From NCBI GenBank assembly GCA_002269645.1, contig NIVC01001618.1, forward strand, positions 1-51,325: a DNA stretch of 51,325 bases, read 5' to 3'. The DNA comes from Macrostomum lignano (Eukaryota). Below the pieces are notes generated by a model. That model saw nothing but the letters and a program-made list of their open reading frames with translations. It was not told the origin of the DNA and did not search any database. Below are positions 46,896-51,325 of this stretch, one piece after another (the stretch's first letter is position 1; every line of letters begins with the position of its first letter). Both the position numbers and the translations under genes were made by a program.

Positions 46896-47325
46896 TACTA
46901 AAATATCCTCTATTGAGCCTACAAAATTCACAAAAAGCCTACAATATTTGCGACAAATTCATCAGGACAAAAGATCACGTCATTTTATTGAGCAGCTTAA
47001 TAATGAGCACAACCTAAACTAAATAATTTCCATCAGTGATTCCGGAAACTATTAGTCTAAAATCTGCTGTTCGGACCATTTAGAGTGATTTCTCTAATGC
47101 TCCTATGTAATTGCGCCTGTAACTGCAGATAACTGTTTATAAACGGAGTGTATAAACGGATTACAATTTTTTGGCTTTATGGCCTTCAGTTCCCACATTG
47201 CAATGTGGTCGGCTGAACCATTTTGCTGATTTCCTGCTGTTCCATTTGTTCTCCGGCCCAACACTTTTGGCTTCACTCAGTGCCCCCATTGTTGTGTCCG
47301 CACTGTCTGTCGACAACTGTCTTCA

Positions 47326-47471
47326 CTCCATCTCCAAACATCTCTCACTCCATCTCCAGACATCTCTCACTCCATCTCCAGACATCTCTCACTCCATCTC
47401 CAGACATCTCTCACTCCATCTCCAGACATCTCTCACTCCATCTCCAGACATCTCTCACTCCATCTCCAGAC
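47326..47471 (+). repeat. 22-bp minisatellite CATCTCCAGACATCTCTCACTC abutting the Gypsy LTR
   Basis: About 6.5 units ending exactly at TGTGAATTG. Confidence 0.93.
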
Positions 47472-47753
47472 TGTGAATTGGCTGTCTTATACCGATTTGA
47501 ACTATACTGCTTTGTGCGTTTGGCTGCTCAAATTTAGCTTACCACTATAGACCCTCCCCCTCCACTGAACTGATCGATTTCTGTTTATACGTACAGTACT
47601 CGTACTTCTTCGCAATGTACATCGTTCGTCCTAACTACATGTACTCAGTTCTATAATACAATATAAAGGACCAACGCGTCAGTTAAGAAACGCCGTTTAC
47701 AACTTGCGGCTCAAGCCAATTCAATCGCTTCGTCTCAATCTCAATTCATCACA
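47472..47753 (+). repeat. Probable 5' LTR of the Gypsy element (alternative start 47582)
   Basis: Termini TGTGA...TCACA; TATA-like AATATAAA at about 47660; immediately followed by a PBS. The 3' LTR is outside the window, so the start is unconfirmed. Confidence 0.55.
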
Positions 47754-50700
47754 ATGGCGACGAGGACTTTTGGCCAAATTCCAGAACTTTCAGCTGAATC
47801 AGACCTTGAAATCTACGCTGAGCGCATGAACCAATATTTCATATGCAACAAAGTTGAGACTGCCGAGGCCAAGCGTGCTATCTTTCTTACTGCCATTGGT
47901 GAGAAGTACTACAAATTGCTTCGCGACTTGTGTCAGCCACAGAAACTGACTGAAAAATCCTACGAAGATCTGCAGGACATACTAAAGAAGCATTGCTCGC
48001 CCGAACCTTCGGAGATCGCCGCACGTTTCAAATTTCAGCAACGTCTTCAGCAAGATGGTGAATCTTTCGCTAACTTCTTGGCAGGGCTGAAAAACGCTGC
48101 AAACCATTGCAAGTTTGGCGAGTCCCTTCAGGAGCGACTTCGAGATCAGTTTTTGTTCGGAATGAGAAGCGACAATTTCCGCTCTAAGCTACTCGAGAGT
48201 TCGGATCATTCGTACGCTGGGCTGATCAAACTGGCCTTGGACCTCGAAGCTGCTCACAAATCTTCAAGCGAGATGGCGCACACTTCAGCAACCAATCGAG
48301 TCAGCGCGAATCCATCAGTGGCACGCCCGAGAGCACAATATAACATCAGCCAACACTCTGGTCCCGCTGGATCAGCATCCAAGCCAGGCACCTGCGACAG
48401 CTGTGGAGGTCCACTTTCGCGTCAGAACTGTAAATTCCGTAACTCGAAATGCCATGCTTGCGGGAAGGTTGGCCACATTAAGAAGGTTTGCAGGTCAGCA
48501 AAATCTGTGAAACTCCTGGAGGAGAATGAAACCGGGTCTCAGTACGACGAAGAAAACTACGAGGAAGAGCCAATATTTCATGTCTCAATGACTTCCAAGT
48601 CCCCGATTCTGGTGCCTCTGCAAATCGAGGAAGTGCAATCTCATTTTGAGCTGGACACAGGATCTGCTGTAAGTCTCGTTCCCAAGGCATTCTATGATAG
48701 CCATCTGTCTCATCTGCGACTGCATCCGTCCAAGACGACTCTGCGAACCTACACGGACCAGGAGTTCTCTCCGATCGGAGAAGTAACAGTGAAGGTCACT
48801 TACGAAGGGCAGGAAGCTTCTCTGCCGCTACTCGTGGTGTCTGAAGGCAGCGCTCGACTCCTGGGACGCAACTGGCTAACCGTCATCCGCCTAGATTGGC
48901 CTCGCTTGACAGCACCCGTCAACTCGTTGATCGCAGCACCTAACGATATGGCTACTGAGCTGGTCCGTCAGTTTCCGGATGTCTTCGCCGAGGGTCTCGG
49001 TAAGTATCGCCTCAGTGAAGTCGACCTTCATTTACAAGAAAATGCTACGCCAAGGTTTTACAAGGCGCGACCGATTCCCTATGCTCTGCGTGAGACCGTC
49101 GATTTAGAGCTTCAGCGCATGGAATCAGAAGGGGTCATCACTCCAATAGCGACTTCTCAATGGGCTGCCCCGATTGTGCCAGTAGTAAAGAAGGACGGGT
49201 CTGTACGAATCTGCGGAGATTACAAGTGCACATTCAACCAGGTCGCAAAGCAAGAGCACTACCCGCTGCCGAGAATCGAAGATTTATTTGCGAGACTGGG
49301 TGGTGGCCACAAATGGAGCAAACTCGACCTGGCAAAGGCATTTCTGCAGCTCCCAATATCAGAAGACAGCAAACAGTACCTCGTTATCAACACTCAACGT
49401 GGACTGTTCAAGGTGAACCGCCTGCCATTCGGTATCTGCTCGGCCAGTGCAATTTTTCAACGCATCCTTGACAGTCTGCTCGGGCATCTCAACGGCGTCC
49501 AGGTTTATCAGGACGACATCCTGGTTACCGGGTCTTCACTGGCGGCTCACAAAGAAAATCTGCTGCAAGTCCTGCACAAGCTTCAAGAGGCCGGACTGCG
49601 TCTCAACGTCGCCAAGTGTGCTTTCTTCCAAGACTCCATCGACTATTTGGGCCACCGAATTGACCAACACGGGCTGCGGCCGCTCGAGAGCAAGGTCGAC
49701 GCCGTTCAGAACGCGCCGGCTCCGAAAGACGTATCTCAGCTGCGATCCTATTTGGGAATGCTGACGCATTACGCCAAGTTTCTTCCCAACCTGGCATCAG
49801 TCGTGGCGCCGCTTAATCAGCTCTTGTCGAAGGAGTCAGCTGGCTTTGGGGCGACCGCGAGAATGAAGCCTTCCAAGCATCGAAGCGAATGCTGCTCGAA
49901 TCAAAAGCTCTGATGCACTTTGATCCAAATCTGCCGATTCGTCTCGAGTGCGACGCTTCGCGTACGGCATTGGCGTGGTTCTCAGTCACCGGGTGGGCGT
50001 CAGGATCACGCGATCGCATTTGCTAGCAAGTCGTTGACTTCAGCCCAGCGAAACTATTCTCAGCTGGATAAAGAGGCACTAGCCATAATCTACGGTGTCC
50101 AACGCTTCCACCAATTCCTCTATGGGCGGCACTTTACGATTGTCACTGACCATCAGCCTCTGCTGGATTGCTGGGCCCAGACAAAGAGATTCCGACACGT
50201 GCGGCTGCCAGGATGCAGCGATGGGCCATCCGTCTATCTGGATACCGGTACGCCATGGAGTTCAGGCCCACCCAGAAGCACAGCAATTGCGACTCTCTTT
50301 CTCGATTGCCTCTAAAAGGAAACTTTATGAAGAAGAGGCGGTGCACTCGCTCACGCTCGAGGAGGACTTTCCATTGCTGTGACTGCGGCTTTGGTCGCCA
50401 AAAGCAACTCTGGCTGACCCTATACTGTCCAAGCTGCTTCGCCTTCTGCAATCCGGAGAGAGCGACTATCCGGCAAAGAATTTCCAGAGTTCGCTCATCA
50501 GCAAACGAGATGACCATCGAAGCCGGCTGCTTACTCTGGGGGACTCGCGTTATAATCCCGGAGTCCCTGCGCAAGGCCGTCCTACAGGAACTCCATTTGG
50601 CTCACACCGGTGCCAGTCGCATGAAAGCCCTGGCACGCAGTTTTGTTTGGTGGCCAGGGCTGGACAAGGACTTGGAGCAGTTGGCTAGAACATGCGAAAC

Positions 50701-51325
50701 CTGCAAGGCTCACCAGTCTGATCAGCCAAAGCTCCGTGCATCCTTGGATATTTCCCAGCGAACCTTGGAGCAGAATTCACTTGGACTTTGCTGTCCTGTT
50801 AATGGGCGAGTCTACCTGGTCATCATGGACGCTCACAGCAAATGGCCCGAGGTTCGTCTAGTCAAGGATACTTCAGCAGACAGCACCATCGCACATCTCT
50901 GTGAAATCTTCAGCCGTCTGGGCCTACAAGAATTATTGTCTCCGACAACGGGCCTCAATTCATTTCCAGGGAATTCGCAAGCTTTACACGCAGCAACGGC
51001 ATTCGGCATGTCACGTCAGCGCCTTACCATCCTGCTACGAACGGTCAAGCTGAAAGATTTGTACAAACACTGAAGCTGCACATCAGGAAATCCGGTCACT
51101 CCGCCGCTGCTTTGCAACGCTTTCTCTTCGCCTACAGGGTAACGCCGCATTCGACTACAGGCACCTCTCCCAGCGAACTGCTTCTGGGACGTCGGCTGCG
51201 CTCCAGACTGGACTTCTGCGGCCATCTCTAGTAGACCAAGTGCGCGATCGGCAAGAGGCTGCCGCTGAGTCCAGCGCCGCACCGGTTCTTCGGGATCGGC
51301 GACAATGTTCGAGTGAAAGGATTCG
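47754..51325 (+). mobile_element. Ty3/Gypsy LTR retrotransposon (Mag-like single gag-pol ORF), cut by the window edge; frameshifted from about 49834
   Basis: Gag with CHACGKVGHIKKVC knuckle, protease LDTG, RT WAAPIV...YQDD, RNase H (CDAS, KEALAII, TDHQPL), integrase HHCC (LHLAHTG...CETC) and D-D-E remnants (IHLDFA, SDNGPQF, QAERFVQ) spread over shifting frames. Confidence 0.95.
47755..47765 (+). promoter_or_regulatory. Primer-binding site TGGCGACGAGG
   Basis: TGG-starting tract one base after ...ACA, as expected for the complement of a tRNA 3' end (CCA). Confidence 0.7.

Overview
This is a eukaryotic (invertebrate animal) genomic window, not prokaryotic; there are no CRISPR arrays, rRNA or tRNA genes. 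GC3-rich, intron-poor genes among very dense minisatellites resemble free-living flatworms such as Macrostomum, but the species is inference only. Genes rebuilt by hand from GT-AG sites: CPSF3 (minus, 3 exons, 692 aa), DESI2/PPPDE1 (minus, 2 exons, 186 aa), mitochondrial-type aspartate aminotransferase GOT2 (plus, 3 visible exons), a secreted WAP-domain protein (minus, 4 exons, about 340 aa), a DUF1294-like membrane protein with no ATG of its own, and two weak small-gene candidates near 3-4.6 kb. Mobile DNA: an intact DD34D mariner in GOT2 intron 1, a Ty3/Gypsy element running off the right edge, two decayed mariners, a hAT-like element carrying a Helitron fragment, and several MITE/foldback elements. 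About 22 unrelated minisatellites produce most long ORFs in the supplied track, which are artefacts. Two patterns stand out. (1) A roughly 12.6-kb transposon block (about 20.1-32.8 kb) between CPSF3 and GOT2 shows extreme C-to-T/G-to-A decay: there is no CpG in 1 kb of former transposase, and non-CpG cytosines are also hit, reminiscent of fungal RIP. (2) All seven long introns of the confident genes carry their own unrelated minisatellite.
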